A DNA stretch of 63,918 bases, counting the filler, from Asterionella formosa (lineage: Eukaryota): the NCBI GenBank assembly GCA_002256025.1. It is 7 parts of 7 records of this genome, joined end to end, with 100 filler letters (N's around TTAATTAATTAA, not from the genome) between each part and the next. Parts side by side here need not be neighbours in the genome. Positions count along the whole stretch, not along the records: positions 61,148 to 63,918 come from NKIB01010925.1; 6 more parts are not named here. One strand, given 5' to 3'. The translations under genes were made by a program, and so were the position numbers. How positions within the stretch are numbered: the first letter of the stretch is position 1; each line of letters begins with the position of its first letter. Below the pieces are notes generated by a model, which worked only from the letters and a program-made list of their open reading frames with translations, was not told where the DNA came from and made no database searches. Below, one piece after another: positions 63,271 to 63,918 of the stretch.

Positions 63271-63918
63271 TTAGGCATTGGGAAGATCACGCAGGACGTT
63301 GTTGCTATGATGATCCGTGTGGACTGCGTTGCCCATGATTCCATCATAATCGGCAGATTCGTATGGCATGAGGTATTCCGATAAGAAGTTGCTTTTTCGG
63401 AGAGGGTTCAAACCCATATCCCTAAGGAGTTGATCATGATAATAAGTTGAGTGAATAAGCAAAAGCATCCCGCGATTGGTTGTATCAGGCATCCAAGAGC
63501 GTGCCCAGTGCTTCCTTGTCTCGATTTCATCTTTCATATGTTGAGCAGTTGTTTCGCTCGTTCCGCCAGAGACGAGATTGCCAGTAAGGTAACGAGCCAA
63601 CCACTCGGCCTGTAACCCGTATGTAGTAATATTGGAAATAGCTCCCACGTGGCCAATAAACGCAAGGTTTTTAACCTTTTCTGGAAGAATGTAGCGGTAC
63701 AAGTAGATTCCATCGCTTTGCAGATCAAGGTCTTCACGCACAGTGGGGTCAGAAAAGATGGAGTAGTTTTGGGCATATCCTGTTGCGGAAATAACTAAGT
63801 CCGCCTCGACCGACGAGTTATCCTTTAATCGGAGCGTGTTGTCACCTACATACTCGTCAATCTCGCCTAATTGGAAGTTGATTTTTCCCGCCTTTCTCAT
63901 ATCAGTAAGATCTGAGTT
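63271..63918 (-). CDS. Flavin-containing monooxygenase family protein, C-terminal part (5' end outside the window)
   Basis: ADLVISATGY, LYRYILP, LAFIG, LQAEW, YHDQLLRDMG. Confidence 0.85.
   Translation of the reverse strand, partial: NSDLTDMRKAGKINFQLGEIDEYVGDNTLRLKDNSSVEADLVISATGYAQNYSIFSDPTVREDLDLQSDGIYLYRYILPEKVKNLAFIGHVGAISNITTYGLQAEWLARYLTGNLVSGGTSETTAQHMKDEIETRKHWARSWMPDTTNRGMLLLIHSTYYHDQLLRDMGLNPLRKSNFLSEYLMPYESADYDGIMGNAVHTDHHSNNVLRDLPNA

Overview
Eukaryotic nuclear DNA, most likely a diatom or related ochrophyte. Evidence: short GT-AG introns, an ASAFAP-like plastid-targeting presequence, a GABA-B-like class C GPCR and CoDi-type Ty1/copia elements. The window is not one locus. It is seven unrelated contigs (six of about 10 kb plus a partial seventh), joined by artificial 100-nt N-TTAATTAATTAA-N spacers at 10114, 20309, 30505, 40697, 50884 and 61048, so nothing can be inferred across the joins. 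Host genes: class C GPCR (3 exons), S28 serine carboxypeptidase, CSRNP-like Cys-rich protein, LRR+ARM protein (partial), cupin+Zn-finger protein, glycosyltransferase-like protein, M14 carboxypeptidase (partial), TDP2-like phosphodiesterase, FMO (partial) and several hypotheticals. Much of the rest is transposon-derived: three Ty1/copia families (one full-length element with two nested DNA transposons), Ty3/gypsy, PIF/Harbinger and Crypton-like relics, a ~190-bp tandem array and a tRNA-derived SINE with a 17-bp TSD. I found no multi-gene novel system. The best leads are the SINE, a copia Gag preceded by an RNase H1 hybrid-binding-like domain, a copia whose primer-binding position holds a palindrome, a CGTCTG-ended DNA transposon family found only inside copia elements, a CSRNP homologue with a SAP-like insert, and a GGTACC/ACCGGT motif clustered upstream of genes. 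All family assignments come from motif recognition by eye; no database search was run.
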